Part shown: one piece after another, positions 21,834 to 32,596 of the stretch
Layout: each line of letters opens with the position of its first letter
Numbering within the stretch: position 1 is the first letter of the stretch
Assembly: GCA_945860135.1 (NCBI GenBank)
Contig: CAMAPK010000005.1
Coordinates: 2,118-66,117 of the forward strand
Direction: 5' to 3'
From: Nitrosovibrio sp. Nv4
GTDB taxonomy: Bacteria; Pseudomonadota; Gammaproteobacteria; Burkholderiales; Nitrosomonadaceae
Length of the DNA: 64,000 nt
Notes under the pieces: model-generated
Databases searched by the model: none
Seen by the model: only the letters and a program-made list of their open reading frames with translations
What the model was told of the DNA's origin: nothing
Made by a program: the position numbers and the translations under genes

Positions 21834-22748
21834 ATGTCACGTTTACCAACAGACCCGGACTATTTGTTGCGGCACGACAACTCCAGCATGAGTCCTCCGC
21901 TACCGCAGACCACCATTGCACAAGCGCTGCAGCAAACACGGCCGGATATCGCTGTTACCGATGCGCGCATGCTGCTACAGAGCGTGCTCAATGTGAGTCA
22001 CGCCCATCTCATCGCTCATCCCAGCCAGGAGCTTGCACCCGAGCAGGCGCAGCAATTTTATTCATTGGCAGCGCGCCGCGCCGCTGGCGAACCGGTTGCT
22101 TATCTTGTTGGCGAACGCGAGTTTTACAGCTTGAACTTCAAAGTGACCCCCGCCGTGCTGATTCCTCGCCCGGAAACTGAGCTGCTGGTGGATCTGGCGT
22201 TGGGGCGAGTTTCCACAGAGCGCCCTTGCAAAGTGCTGGACTTGGGAACCGGTAGTGGCGCAGTGGCAATAGCCATTGCCAAACATCGTCCGCTAGCCAG
22301 CATTACTGCAGTGGATTCCTCGGAGACTGCCATAGTAATCGCCAGAATGAATGCCAAACATCTCGTTGCAACCAATGTGCGCATGCTCGCAGGCGACTGG
22401 TTCAGTGGAGTAGCCGGAGAAGAATTCGATCTCATCGTTTCCAACCCGCCCTATGTTGCCGACGGTGATCCTCATCTCGAGCAAGGGGATCTGCGCTTTG
22501 AGCCACACACGGCACTGGCGGCAGGCAGCGATGGGCTGGATTGTATTCGTTGCATCATTACTTCTGCCATGGTTCATCTCTCCACGGGTGGCTGGCTGCT
22601 ACTGGAACACGGCTACGACCAGGCAGCAGCGTGTCGCCAATTGTTAAGCAAGGCGGGGTTTAGCGAGGTATTTTCTCATCCTGATCTGGCCGGCACAATG
22701 CGGGTCAGTGGCGGGAAGCGTCAAAATTCTCCAGCACAAAGCTGTTAA
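21834..22748 (+). CDS. prmC: release-factor glutamine N5-methyltransferase
   Basis: ORF 21768..22748. First ATG after the prfA stop is 21834 (21888 is an alternative). LDLGTGSGAVAIA SAM motif and VSNPPY catalytic motif. Confidence 0.9.
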   Translation: MSRLPTDPDYLLRHDNSSMSPPLPQTTIAQALQQTRPDIAVTDARMLLQSVLNVSHAHLIAHPSQELAPEQAQQFYSLAARRAAGEPVAYLVGEREFYSLNFKVTPAVLIPRPETELLVDLALGRVSTERPCKVLDLGTGSGAVAIAIAKHRPLASITAVDSSETAIVIARMNAKHLVATNVRMLAGDWFSGVAGEEFDLIVSNPPYVADGDPHLEQGDLRFEPHTALAAGSDGLDCIRCIITSAMVHLSTGGWLLLEHGYDQAAACRQLLSKAGFSEVFSHPDLAGTMRVSGGKRQNSPAQSC

Positions 22749-22856
22749 AATATGTGCCTTGGGTGCTTTGGCTAAGATGAAGAGAGTCTCTTGAAAGCGG
22801 TGTGACTTCCCCATAAGTAGATTTTCAGATTGATTAAATTTGACGAGGAACTGGAT

Positions 22857-23165
22857 ATGGATACGCAAGAAACCATCAAGCAGCAGGTTAGCGCTCATCC
22901 CGTGGTGTTGTATATGAAAGGTACGCCGGAGTTTCCGCAATGCGGCTTTTCCGCCAATGCGGTAAAGATACTCAAGGTGTGTGGAGTGGATGATCTCTTC
23001 GCCGTGGACGTACTCGCCGACCCGGAAATCCGGCAGGGCATCAAGGAATATTCGAACTGGCCGACTATCCCCCAGCTTTATATCAATGGCGAATTCATTG
23101 GCGGCTCAGACATCGTAACGGAGATGTTTCAGAGCGGTGAGTTACAGAAGCTGCTGCAGAAATAA
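22857..23165 (+). CDS. grxD: monothiol glutaredoxin (Grx4 family)
   Basis: ATG 22857 preceded by GAGGAA. VVLYMKGTPEFPQCGFS CGFS active site, WPTIPQLYINGEFIGG. Confidence 0.9.
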   Translation: MDTQETIKQQVSAHPVVLYMKGTPEFPQCGFSANAVKILKVCGVDDLFAVDVLADPEIRQGIKEYSNWPTIPQLYINGEFIGGSDIVTEMFQSGELQKLLQK

Positions 23166-23190
23166 AGAATTTGATTGAGCTGGACTGCAG

Positions 23191-23220
23191 CGAACAAGCC
23201 GGCATCTGCCGGCTTGTTCG
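23191..23220. terminator. 14-bp perfect hairpin between convergent grxD and yqaA-like genes
   Basis: CGAACAAGCCGGCA-TC-TGCCGGCTTGTTCG. It could terminate both convergent transcripts. T-tract is weak (TTGAG). Confidence 0.6.
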
Positions 23221-23239
23221 TTGAGTAGACTGAGAGCTA

Positions 23240-23659
23240 TCAGCTGATAGCTGCCGCGATCATCCAGTAGCGTGCAAATTTCCCTACAGCCATGAACAAC
23301 ATGGCCCATAACCAGTTTAACCGCAGCCATCCCGCTGCAACACACAACAGATCGCCGATCAGCGGCACCCACGCCAGCAGTAGCGCCGGGCTGCCGTGCT
23401 TACGCACCCACTCCAGCCCGTGCATATTGCCGCCAGATTTTTTCAGCAGTGCTTTTTCATCGGGCAACAGCCGCCCGATAGCATACGAACTCATGCCGCC
23501 CAAGGTATTGCCCAACGTGGCAATCCCCAGAGCGGGCCAGTAAAGCTGGGGGTGAGTGGTTAAAACGCCAAACAGCACTGCTTCCGAGCCACCGGGAAGC
23601 AGCGTGGCGGCAAGGAAGCTGCTGGTGAACAGCACCAGCAGGCTCGATTGCTCATCCAT
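23240..23659 (-). CDS. YqaA/DedA-like small membrane protein
   Basis: 139 aa, 4 predicted TM helices. ...LPGGSEAVL... and PLIGDLLCVAAGW motifs typical of the YqaA (SNARE-associated) family. Confidence 0.7.
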   Translation of the reverse strand: MDEQSSLLVLFTSSFLAATLLPGGSEAVLFGVLTTHPQLYWPALGIATLGNTLGGMSSYAIGRLLPDEKALLKKSGGNMHGLEWVRKHGSPALLLAWVPLIGDLLCVAAGWLRLNWLWAMLFMAVGKFARYWMIAAAIS

Positions 23660-23849
23660 AAAATTGTCCAGAAATGAATTAAACTGCAGTGTAGCCGCTA
23701 ATTGGCTGGCGATGGAACGGGAATTGTCGGTTTTATGAGCGTGCCCGCTCTTTGTTGGTCAGAATGGCATCTACCAAAATTTGACTTGGCGATATTATTT
23801 GGCGATGATACGCTTACCAATCACCCATCTCTGTTCAAGAGGAAAAACC

Positions 23850-24593
23850 ATGACGACCAATGCAACGCTCAAGCAAAAGATCGACTCCATCATCGCTGCG
23901 CGGAGTCTGCTCAAGCATCCTTTCTATGTAGCCTGGACCCAGGGCAAGCTGTCCAAGGAACAATTGCGTCAATACGCGGAACAATATTTCCATAACGTGC
24001 TGGCCGAGCCGACTTATCTGAGCGCAGTGCACTTCAACACGCCGCACATGCATACCGAGAACAACAGTGGCGACATCAGCGTGCGGCAGGAAGTATTGAA
24101 GAATCTGATCAGCGAAGAGCATGGCGAGAAGAACCATCCCGCGTTGTGGAAGACATTTGCGCTGGCGCTGGGCTCCAGCGACAAAAGCCTGGCCGCAGCG
24201 GCCGCATTGCCGAGCACAACCGAACTGGTCGAGACATTCCGGGATATCTGTCTGAACCAGCCGTTTTATGCGGGGCTGGCAGCGCTACATGCGTTTGAAT
24301 CACAGGTACCGGAGATTGCTGCGGTAAAGATAGACGGGCTGTCCAGGTTTTATGGCATGAACGATCCCGATAGCTACGAATTCTTCACGGTGCACCAGGA
24401 AGCCGACGTGTACCACTCACAGGCGGAATGGGCGTTGATCAAGCGTTTTGCCGATACCCCGGAGAAGCAGGCCGAGGTGCTGGCTGCGACTGCCCGGGCT
24501 TGTGATGCGCTGTGGGGATTCCTGGATGGGGTCTACGAGAACTACTGCGCAGAGCTCGATTGTGAACGTGCGGAACCGGTGACGTTGCACTGA
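23850..24593 (+). CDS. CADD/PqqC-like haem-oxygenase-fold di-iron protein (candidate self-sacrificing p-aminobenzoate synthase)
   Basis: ORF 23781 trimmed to ATG 23850 (AGAGGAAAA RBS). LLKHPFYVAWTQGKLSKEQLRQYAEQYFHNV and EEHGEKNHPALW...HQEADVYH resemble the CADD/TenA/PqqC fold. The function call rests on remembered work on Chlamydia CADD and a Nitrosomonas homolog. Confidence 0.65.
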   Translation: MTTNATLKQKIDSIIAARSLLKHPFYVAWTQGKLSKEQLRQYAEQYFHNVLAEPTYLSAVHFNTPHMHTENNSGDISVRQEVLKNLISEEHGEKNHPALWKTFALALGSSDKSLAAAAALPSTTELVETFRDICLNQPFYAGLAALHAFESQVPEIAAVKIDGLSRFYGMNDPDSYEFFTVHQEADVYHSQAEWALIKRFADTPEKQAEVLAATARACDALWGFLDGVYENYCAELDCERAEPVTLH

Positions 24594-24630
24594 GTATGGA
24601 GGGGGCGGAGCTTGCTACAAGTGCTTGATT

Positions 24631-27270
24631 TCAGTCCGCCGACTGTACTTGGGTAGTTGCATCTGCAGTCTGCAAAATTTTCAATAACTCTGTTTCCAGG
24701 TGAATCAGAGTTTTTTCTTCGCTCAAGATCTTCCCCGTAACCAGAAAGGTATCTTCGGCACGTTCCCCCATGGTGCTGATCCGGGCGCTGTGGACATTTA
24801 CGCCGAAATGCACAAGTGCTTGCGCGATACGCGACAGCAACCCTGGGCGATCCCCGGCAACAATTGACAGAACGTGGTAGACGCCCTTTTCGTCGGGTTC
24901 GATATCGACCGCGGGTGTGATTGGGAAATGCTTGAGGTGGCGGCTCAAGCGTCTAGGTAACGGGGATTCCAGCGGAGTCGGTTGCTTTAGTTGCTGTGTC
25001 AGCTCCCGCTCCACCAAACTGATCACACCGTTGCATTGCTCCATCGCATTCGCTGGAACCAGCACCAGAAAGCTGTCGAGTGCGTAGCCATGGCGAGTGG
25101 TGTGGATTTTTGCTTCGACAATGCCATAGTTGATACGCTCAAAAAAACTGCAAATGCGCGCAAACAAATCTTTCTGGTCAGGAACATAGATCATCACCTG
25201 AATCCCAGTTTCAGCCGGAGCAACACGCGCTTTTACCACGGGCATGGGTGATTCCAGCCGGTCATGCAGGTGGTGCATATGCCAGGCGATTTCCTGTGAG
25301 TCATGTTGCAGCAGATAAGTCGTATCCAGTTCTGCCCACAGCCGTTCATATGCACCAGCAGGGGTGGCATCGAGTTGCAACAGCTTCAGCACTTCCTCCC
25401 GTCGCTGCTCCAGCGTGCCGCCGACATGGGCCGATATACCACTCAGTTGCTGCCGCGTCGCCCAGAACAAGTCTTCCAGCAACTTGCCTTTCCATGCATT
25501 CCATACTTTCGGGCTGGTGCCACGGATGTCGGCAACGGTAAGCAGATAAAGTGCAATCAGGCGGCGCTCATTGCCAACACGTTTGGCAAAGCTTGCGATT
25601 ACGCTCACATCGGATAAATCCCGTTTTTGTGCCGTGGCCGACATTACCAGATGGTTTTCCACCAGCCACACGACTAGCTCCATATCTTCCGCCAGCAGTT
25701 GATGCCGCCTGCAGAATTGCCTGGCGTCGGCTTTACCAAGCAGCGAGTGATCGCCGTTGCGCCCTTTGGCGATGTCGTGGAACAGTCCGGCAAGATAGAG
25801 CACTTCCGGTCGCTCAAACTCACTGATGAGGCGGCTGCATAGCGGATATTCGTGGGCGAACTCGGGCGCCTTGAAACGGCGTAGGTTTCTCACCACCATC
25901 AGGATATGTTCATCCACGGTGTAGGTGTGAAACAGGTCATGCTGCATCTGGCCGACGATGCGCCCGAATGCCGGGATATAGCGACCCAGTACGCCATAGC
26001 GGTTCATCAGGCGCAACTCACGCGTGAGTCCGCGCGGTTGACGCAGGATTTCCATAAACAGCGCGCAATTGTGCGGATCGCGCCGGAATGCTGCATTGAT
26101 GAGGGGCGTGGCGCGCCATAGCGCCCGCAGAGTGGCTGCACTACGGGCGGTTAATTCAGGATGTTGTTGCAGCAGCAGTGTACTTTCCAGAATTGTGCCC
26201 GGATCCTGCCGCAGAATATTTTCGTTGCGCGCTTCCAATAACTCGCCACGTTTCTGGAAACGCTCATTGATGATGACCGGGGCTGCGACTGCATCAGGAA
26301 AGATTTCTGTTCGCAGCGTGAGCAACAGGATGGTGTTGATCTGTGTCACCGCCCTGGCAGCACGGTAGTAACGCTGCATCAACATTTCACCGGCACGGCG
26401 CGGCAGTTTGTCGGCGATGTTGTATTCTTCGGCGAGCTGGGTCTGATAGTCAAATAGCAGCCGGTCTTCACGCTGTTCCGCAAGATAATGCAGCCGGATG
26501 CGCAGGTCCTGCAGGATGGTTTGGTGGCGCTGCGCAAGACGGGCTTCCTGGCGGGTAATGAATCCGCCTTTGGCGAGACTCGTCCAGGATTTTCCCAGCC
26601 CGGCAGCGCGGCTGACCCACAGAATATTTTGCAGATCCCGCAGGCCGCCGGGGCTTTCTTTCAGATTGGGCTCAAGATTGTAAGCCGTATCATGATAGCG
26701 GCCGTGACGCTGCTGCTGCTCCAGCTGTTTGGCGTTGAAGAATGCACGGGAGTCAAGCGCAGTCCGCATGGCGCGGGAGAATTCGTTGACCAACTGACGG
26801 CTTCCGGCGAGGTGACGTGCTTCCAGCAGGCTGGTTTGCACCGTGATGTCCTTGGCTGATTCTTCTGCGCATTCAGCGAGCGTACGGACGCTATGCCCCA
26901 CTTCCAGTCCCATATCCCACAGCAGTCCTACCCATTGTTCCAGCCGGGATTTGATCGTCCCATCCGTCACATTTACACTGTTGACTCCAGCAGGAAACAG
27001 TACCAGCAGATCTACGTCGGAACCCGGGAAAAGCTGGCCGCGGCCGTAACCACCTACTGCCAGCAGCGCGATGGAAGCGGGCAGCATCGTTTCGCGCCAT
27101 GCTTGACGCAGCAGGCCGTCCACCAGCCGGCAATGGTTACGCAACAGGGCCGTGCCGTTATTGTTCTCGCGATAGCGCTGGTGTAATAGTTTGCGGCCCT
27201 GCAGCAGCACCCTCTTGCCTGCCGCAGCGCTTAGCAGCTCTGGCAGAGGTTCCGCGCCAAGGTCATGCAT
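24631..27270 (-). CDS. glnD: [protein-PII] uridylyltransferase / uridylyl-removing enzyme
   Basis: ORF 24631..27309 trimmed to ATG 27270, just after the map stop. Nucleotidyltransferase GGYGRGQLFPGSDVDLL, HD domain (LFHDIAKG), two C-terminal ACT domains. Confidence 0.9.
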   Translation of the reverse strand: MHDLGAEPLPELLSAAAGKRVLLQGRKLLHQRYRENNNGTALLRNHCRLVDGLLRQAWRETMLPASIALLAVGGYGRGQLFPGSDVDLLVLFPAGVNSVNVTDGTIKSRLEQWVGLLWDMGLEVGHSVRTLAECAEESAKDITVQTSLLEARHLAGSRQLVNEFSRAMRTALDSRAFFNAKQLEQQQRHGRYHDTAYNLEPNLKESPGGLRDLQNILWVSRAAGLGKSWTSLAKGGFITRQEARLAQRHQTILQDLRIRLHYLAEQREDRLLFDYQTQLAEEYNIADKLPRRAGEMLMQRYYRAARAVTQINTILLLTLRTEIFPDAVAAPVIINERFQKRGELLEARNENILRQDPGTILESTLLLQQHPELTARSAATLRALWRATPLINAAFRRDPHNCALFMEILRQPRGLTRELRLMNRYGVLGRYIPAFGRIVGQMQHDLFHTYTVDEHILMVVRNLRRFKAPEFAHEYPLCSRLISEFERPEVLYLAGLFHDIAKGRNGDHSLLGKADARQFCRRHQLLAEDMELVVWLVENHLVMSATAQKRDLSDVSVIASFAKRVGNERRLIALYLLTVADIRGTSPKVWNAWKGKLLEDLFWATRQQLSGISAHVGGTLEQRREEVLKLLQLDATPAGAYERLWAELDTTYLLQHDSQEIAWHMHHLHDRLESPMPVVKARVAPAETGIQVMIYVPDQKDLFARICSFFERINYGIVEAKIHTTRHGYALDSFLVLVPANAMEQCNGVISLVERELTQQLKQPTPLESPLPRRLSRHLKHFPITPAVDIEPDEKGVYHVLSIVAGDRPGLLSRIAQALVHFGVNVHSARISTMGERAEDTFLVTGKILSEEKTLIHLETELLKILQTADATTQVQSAD

Positions 27271-27277
27271 GCGGGGG

Positions 27278-28078
27278 TCAGGAACTGAATGCGGGTTTCG
27301 GTGGCGCACCGGCAGACAGCGTCAGTACTTCGTATCCGGCTGCGGTGACCAGCACGGTATGCTCCCACTGCGCCGACAGGCTGTGGTCTTTGGTGACGAT
27401 GGTCCAGCCATCAGCCAGTTGGCGTATCGATGCCTTGCCTGCATTGATCATCGGTTCAACCGTAAAAATCATGCCAGCTTTGAGTTGTAGTCCCGTTCCG
27501 GCACGACCATAGTGAAGTACCTGCGGCTCCTCATGGAATTTTGCACCGATGCCATGACCGCAGAATTCCCTGACTATGCTGCATCCCCGACTTTCAGCGA
27601 AGCTTTGAATGGCGTGACCGATATCACCCAGATATTTTCCGGGTTTGATTTCATCGATGCCGCGCCACATCGATTCGTAAGTGATTTCACACAGACGCTT
27701 GGCTTGGATGGGCGGGTCGCCCACATAATACATGCGGCTGGTATCGCCATGGTAGTCGTTCTTGATGACGGTCACGTCTATGTTGACGATATCGCCGGCC
27801 TTCAGTTTTTTCTCGCCCGGCACACCATGGCACACTTGATGGTTGACCGAAGTGCAAATTGATTTCGGATACGGCGCATATCCCGGCGGCGCGTAATTGA
27901 GTGGTGCTGGAATGGTTTTCTGCACATTGACCATGTAATCATGGCACAGCGTATCGAGTTCGGCGGTGGTAATCCCGGGCCTGACAAAAGGCGCAATGTA
28001 ATCCAGCACTTCCGAGGCGAGCCTGCCCGCGACCCGCATTTTCTCGATTTCCTGTGGAGATTTGGGATGCACCGTCAT
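27278..28078 (-). CDS. map: type I methionine aminopeptidase
   Basis: 266 aa. VCHGVPG, DIVNIDVT, FCGHGIG and WTIVTKD...SAQWEHTV metal-ligand motifs. Confidence 0.95.
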   Translation of the reverse strand: MTVHPKSPQEIEKMRVAGRLASEVLDYIAPFVRPGITTAELDTLCHDYMVNVQKTIPAPLNYAPPGYAPYPKSICTSVNHQVCHGVPGEKKLKAGDIVNIDVTVIKNDYHGDTSRMYYVGDPPIQAKRLCEITYESMWRGIDEIKPGKYLGDIGHAIQSFAESRGCSIVREFCGHGIGAKFHEEPQVLHYGRAGTGLQLKAGMIFTVEPMINAGKASIRQLADGWTIVTKDHSLSAQWEHTVLVTAAGYEVLTLSAGAPPKPAFSS

Positions 28079-28171
28079 AAAGGTTTCCAGTTAATCAAAT
28101 AGACGCATAATGGGGGTTGCAGCAATGCTTTGCAAGGCTGGCAGCAAGCGCAAAGGGTTGGCGGGCGGCCA

Positions 28172-28807
28172 TCAAAGTGATGGCGCAGCAACTTCACACC
28201 CACTCGCTTTCAGTTCGCTCCCAGGGAACTCCTGTTGCAGGCGGATCATTTTCTCGATGACATCTTCCGTTGGTCTAGGTAGCACGAATGCCATCTGTTT
28301 CAGGCTGCGTTCACCCATGATTGCCGATCGGATGCCCTTGCTCCTCATTTCCGCTAAAAACTTCCGAGCTGTTTCTTCGCTACGAAAAATATCCAGTGAG
28401 ATGGCATTATTCCACTCACTGTTGTCCTGAATGTGAAAATAACTGGTCACACCCAGTTTTTTCAGCTCCTCAATTTTTTTTGCAGCGTCGTACTTGGTCT
28501 TCAACGGTGGAATATGCACCCAATAGGCTGGGACTTCGCCCACCATATGCCGGTTCAGACTGTCACCCAATTGTAGTTTGGCAATGGCTGTCTCGGCCCG
28601 CTGCAAGTCGGTACCGATAAAACTCCCCCACTCCAGACAGGCCGCCGCCGCAAGCGCGGGCGTGGGCGTGGCAGCGGGCAGCAATCTAATTTTTTCCGGG
28701 TGCAGCTCTGCGGGTAATGATGAGCCGCTACTGGAGCCAACTCCAGATTGAACATAGATTGCAAAGGCGACGTTGGCAAATAACAACAGAAAAAATAGTG
28801 CTTTCAT
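28172..28807 (-). CDS. hypothetical signal-anchored protein with SPOR-like C-terminal domain
   Basis: ORF 28172..28834 trimmed to Met10 (MKALFFLLLFANVAFAIYV). The C-terminal ~75 aa resemble a SPOR repeat only weakly. Confidence 0.45.
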   Translation of the reverse strand: MKALFFLLLFANVAFAIYVQSGVGSSSGSSLPAELHPEKIRLLPAATPTPALAAAACLEWGSFIGTDLQRAETAIAKLQLGDSLNRHMVGEVPAYWVHIPPLKTKYDAAKKIEELKKLGVTSYFHIQDNSEWNNAISLDIFRSEETARKFLAEMRSKGIRSAIMGERSLKQMAFVLPRPTEDVIEKMIRLQQEFPGSELKASGCEVAAPSL

Positions 28808-28896
28808 TTGTTGGCGGTTTGTTGTTGTTAACAAGACCTTATCTTGTTAGAATTCGGCACCAACCGCATGAATATCATTTTTCGGGAGTCTCAGGA

Positions 28897-29541
28897 ATGC
28901 AAGGCATGAAAGTAGCATCAAACATGGCAATGTTGGCTATGCTGGCAGTGTCCACGCAAATTTTTGCTGAAACTGCCGCCAAAGGTGATGCAGCCAAAGG
29001 TCAGCAGATAGCCACTCAAGTTTGCGCAGGCTGTCACAACGCCGATGGCAACAGCGTTATCCCGACCAATCCAAGCCTGGCTGGACAGCATGCCGAGTAT
29101 ACCACCAAGCAGCTGACGGATTTCAAGGCGCAAGACGGCAAGCCCGCAGCGCGCAACAGTCCGGTCATGGGTGCAATGGTCATGGTGCTGTCACCGGAGG
29201 ACATGAAGAATCTCGGCGCTTATTATGCCCAGCAGACTCCCAAGCTCAGAGGGGCCAAGGACAAGTCAATGGCAGCGCTGGGCGAGAAAGTTTATCGCGG
29301 CGGCAACATTGAGGCCAGCGTGCCGGCGTGCGCCAGTTGCCACTCTCCCAATGGCGCAGGCATTCCACCGGTCTATCCGCGCCTTGCCGGGCAACATGCC
29401 GAATATACCCTGGCACAACTACGGGCGTTCCGCAAAGAGGAGCGCACCAACGATAACAATCAGGTGATGTATATGATTGCCAACCACATGAGTGAGAAGG
29501 AAATGCAGGCAGTAGCGGAGTTCATTTCTGGCCTGCGCTAA
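28897..29541 (+). CDS. dihaem cytochrome c4
   Basis: ORF 28717 trimmed to ATG 28897 (28906 also possible), followed by a signal peptide. Two CxxCH motifs (CAGCH, CASCH), each followed by P.LAGQHAEY, the cytochrome c4 hallmark. Confidence 0.85.
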   Translation: MQGMKVASNMAMLAMLAVSTQIFAETAAKGDAAKGQQIATQVCAGCHNADGNSVIPTNPSLAGQHAEYTTKQLTDFKAQDGKPAARNSPVMGAMVMVLSPEDMKNLGAYYAQQTPKLRGAKDKSMAALGEKVYRGGNIEASVPACASCHSPNGAGIPPVYPRLAGQHAEYTLAQLRAFRKEERTNDNNQVMYMIANHMSEKEMQAVAEFISGLR

Positions 29542-29560
29542 ACTTGAGCCCAGCGATTCT

Positions 29561-29586
29561 ACAAAGGCGGCCTCGGCCGCCTTTGT
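29561..29586. terminator. 12-bp perfect hairpin between convergent cytochrome c4 and hemL
   Basis: ACAAAGGCGGCC-TC-GGCCGCCTTTGT followed by TATTT. It abuts the hemL stop codon. Confidence 0.6.
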
Positions 29587-30869
29587 TATTTCCAGGCACC
29601 AAATATGCGTTCGGCTGCAGCCAGTGTTTTGCCGATATCCTTCGCGTCATGTGCAGCAGAAACAAACCCGGCTTCGAATGCTGACGGCGCGAAATAAATG
29701 CCCTCGCCCAGCATGGCATGGAAGAAGCGGTTGAAAGCTTCCTTGTCGCATTCCATCACTTCGGCATAACTGGTCGGCGGGCTTGCTCTGAAATAGAGAC
29801 CGAACATGCCACCCACTGCCTGTGCACAAAAAACGATAGCGTGTTTTTTTGCGGCGGCAGTGAGACCCTCGGTAAGTTGCCGGGTGCTGGCAGCAAGTTT
29901 TTCATAGAATCCCGCTGTTTGCACCAGGTGCAAGGTAGCAAGCCCTGCGGCCACTGCAACCGGATTGCCGGAAAGAGTGCCGGCCTGGTATACCGGCCCC
30001 AGCGGAGCCAGACATTGCATGATGTCACGCCTGCCGCCAAAGGCTGCCATCGGCATGCCGCCGCCAATCACCTTGCCAAGCGTAGTAAGGTCGGGCTTGA
30101 TGCCGTAAAGCCCTTGAGCGCAGCTTGCGCCAACGCGGAAGCCGGTCATCACTTCATCAAAAATCAGCACACTGCCGTGTTGCGTGCACAACGTGCGCAG
30201 AGCCGCCAGAAAACCGGGATTCGGCGCCACCAGATTCATGTTGCCTGCCACCGGTTCGACGATGACTGCGGCAATTTCCTTGCCGGATTGAGCGAAGGCC
30301 TTTTCCACACCGGCCAGATCGTTGTAATCCAGCACCATGGTATGGGCAGCGGTTTCTGCAGGAACCCCGGCGGAACTGGGATGGCCGAAAGTGAGTGCAC
30401 CGGAACCTGCTTTTACCAGCAGTGCGTCATCATGGCCGTGATAACAGCCCTCGAATTTGATAATGCGGCTTCTGCCGGTATAGCCTCGCGCCAGACGAAT
30501 GGCGCTCATGGTGGCTTCAGTCCCGGAACTCACCAGTCGCACCTGCTCGATCGAGGGCACCAGTTTGCACAGTAGTTGCGCTATTTCCAGTTCCGCTTCG
30601 GTGGGCGCGCCGAAAGTCAGACCGTTCTGCGCCGCTGCCTGCACCGCCTTGATCACCTCCGGGTGAGCATGCCCCAGGATTAACGGCCCCCATGAGCCTA
30701 CGTAGTCCAGATAGGATTTGTCATCTGCGTCCCACATGTAAGCTCCTTGCCCGCGGCGGAAAAATATCGGTACCCCGCCCACCGACTTGAAGGCACGCAC
30801 TGGCGAATTGACGCCGCCAGGAATATATTTCTGCGAAAGTTCGAACAATTGCTGATTACGTGAAGTCAT
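29586..30869 (-). CDS. hemL: glutamate-1-semialdehyde 2,1-aminomutase
   Basis: ORF 29586..30989 trimmed to ATG 30869 ([27 protein letters not shown]). PLP-lysine region GKVIGGGMP. Confidence 0.95.
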   Translation of the reverse strand: MTSRNQQLFELSQKYIPGGVNSPVRAFKSVGGVPIFFRRGQGAYMWDADDKSYLDYVGSWGPLILGHAHPEVIKAVQAAAQNGLTFGAPTEAELEIAQLLCKLVPSIEQVRLVSSGTEATMSAIRLARGYTGRSRIIKFEGCYHGHDDALLVKAGSGALTFGHPSSAGVPAETAAHTMVLDYNDLAGVEKAFAQSGKEIAAVIVEPVAGNMNLVAPNPGFLAALRTLCTQHGSVLIFDEVMTGFRVGASCAQGLYGIKPDLTTLGKVIGGGMPMAAFGGRRDIMQCLAPLGPVYQAGTLSGNPVAVAAGLATLHLVQTAGFYEKLAASTRQLTEGLTAAAKKHAIVFCAQAVGGMFGLYFRASPPTSYAEVMECDKEAFNRFFHAMLGEGIYFAPSAFEAGFVSAAHDAKDIGKTLAAAERIFGAWK

Positions 30870-31530
30870 GGGATGGCTCATAAGTGTGGTGGATAGGATG
30901 CCGGGTTTGCTTGAATAATCGGGAAAAGTTCTCGGCTGCAGACTGAATGTCAGGGGCGCCAAACAGGGCATTGCTGGCGGCGATCGCATCAGCTCCCTGG
31001 CGTATCAACCCCACGGCATGATGCGGGGTGATGCCGCCGATAGCAACCACTGGAACATGCAGTTTCTGTTTTGCCTGGAGCAGCAGGTCGATGGATGCAG
31101 TCACCGCGCCAGGCTTAGTGGCGGAGACAAAAAATGCACCAAAAGCGACATAATCCGCCCCTTGTCGTTCGGCTTCAACGGCAGACTCCAATTGGTTGTA
31201 ACAGGAAACCCCGATTATTTTTCCAGGCCCGAATCTGCGCCGTGCTGCGGTTATGGAAGTATCTTCCTGCCCCACATGCACTCCTGCTGCGCCGACTTCA
31301 GCAGCGAGATCAAGATGATCGTTGATAATGAGAGGTGTGTTGTATTTGCGGCAAAGGTTAACCAGTGCCTGCGCTTGCTCCAGACGCAGCGCGGCATCCG
31401 CCGTTTTATTGCGGTACTGCACCAGGCGTGCTCCGCCTGCCAGCACCTGTTGTGTCATCGTCACCAGATCAGCCGTATTAGCCACATCTGGCGTGATTGC
31501 ATACAAACCTTCAATTCTTGGCAGCAGCAT
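30856..31530 (-). CDS. thiE: thiamine-phosphate synthase
   Basis: ORF 30856..31563, likely start Met12 ([15 protein letters not shown]). [15 protein letters not shown] and AIGGI motifs. Confidence 0.9.
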   Translation of the reverse strand: MLLPRIEGLYAITPDVANTADLVTMTQQVLAGGARLVQYRNKTADAALRLEQAQALVNLCRKYNTPLIINDHLDLAAEVGAAGVHVGQEDTSITAARRRFGPGKIIGVSCYNQLESAVEAERQGADYVAFGAFFVSATKPGAVTASIDLLLQAKQKLHVPVVAIGGITPHHAVGLIRQGADAIAASNALFGAPDIQSAAENFSRLFKQTRHPIHHTYEPSHDFT

Positions 31531-32365
31531 ACGTTTTATCCTTGTTCTCGGCATCGGTCGCATCGTAAGCCCAGAACAACCGGTCCGGTATGTGTTGTCC
31601 CATTCCCGGACGGAAGCCGGCTTTCAGCGCGCGCCAAGTGTACTCTTGCGCTTCATACACGCCTTCGGCAATGGGCAGCCCATTGGCGATAGCGGCAGCA
31701 ATGGCAGAGGCCAGCGTGCAGCCTGATCCGTGATAGGAGCCGACCAGCCGCTGCCACGCATCTGCACGCACCACCCCATCTGCTGCATACAGGGTATTTA
31801 TCACTTGCGGCGTATTTTCATGAGTGCCGGTGATGAGTACGTATTCACAGCCCATATGCAGCAACCGCTCTGCGCACTGGCGCAAATCCGGCGCATCCTG
31901 GTCATCCTCCTCATCCTGCGCCAGCCGCCGTGCTTCCATGCTGTTGGGGATGATAATGGTGGCTTGGGGCAACAGTAGCTCACGCATGGTTGCCACCATA
32001 TCTTCGTTGGCGAGTTCGTCACCGCGGCCGGAGGCGAGTATCGGGTCCAGTACCAGCGGGATGTCGGGGTAATCGGAGATCACCTCGGCAATGGCCATGA
32101 TGATTTCGGCGCTGCCCAGCATCCCGATCTTGAAAACGTGCACCGGCATGTCTTCCAGCACCGCACGGGCTTGATCTGCCACCCACTCCGGATCCAGGGC
32201 CATGACCTCATCCACGCCAGCGGTATCCTGCACGGTAATGGCCGTGATCACCGACAGCGGGTGGCAGCCCATGCTGGCAAGAGTCAGAATGTCGGCCTGG
32301 ATACCGGCACCGCCGCTAGGGTCGCTGGCAGCAAAAGAAAGTACGATGGGGGGTGGCTGAGACAT
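31511..32365 (-). CDS. thiD: hydroxymethylpyrimidine / phosphomethylpyrimidine kinase
   Basis: 284 aa. [20 protein letters not shown] and [12 protein letters not shown] motifs of ThiD. Confidence 0.9.
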   Translation of the reverse strand: MSQPPPIVLSFAASDPSGGAGIQADILTLASMGCHPLSVITAITVQDTAGVDEVMALDPEWVADQARAVLEDMPVHVFKIGMLGSAEIIMAIAEVISDYPDIPLVLDPILASGRGDELANEDMVATMRELLLPQATIIIPNSMEARRLAQDEEDDQDAPDLRQCAERLLHMGCEYVLITGTHENTPQVINTLYAADGVVRADAWQRLVGSYHGSGCTLASAIAAAIANGLPIAEGVYEAQEYTWRALKAGFRPGMGQHIPDRLFWAYDATDAENKDKTYAAAKN

Positions 32366-32410
32366 GGGCTAATATCGTAAAATATTATTTTAACCTAAAT
32401 CATTCTTACC

Positions 32411-32596
32411 ATGCCCACTACTGGAACTCCTTATCGCTGCTACATGTGCCTGATTTGCGGCTTCATCTACGATGAAGCCGAAGGATCACCGGAAGAAGGC
32501 ATACTCCCCGGCACACGCTGGGAAGACGTGCCGATGAACTGGACTTGCCCGGAATGCGGCGCACGCAAAGAAGATTTTGAGATGATAGAAATCTAG
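32411..32596 (+). CDS. rubredoxin
   Basis: 61 aa. [10 protein letters not shown] ... [14 protein letters not shown], the two CxxCG knuckles. Confidence 0.9.
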   Translation: MPTTGTPYRCYMCLICGFIYDEAEGSPEEGILPGTRWEDVPMNWTCPECGARKEDFEMIEI

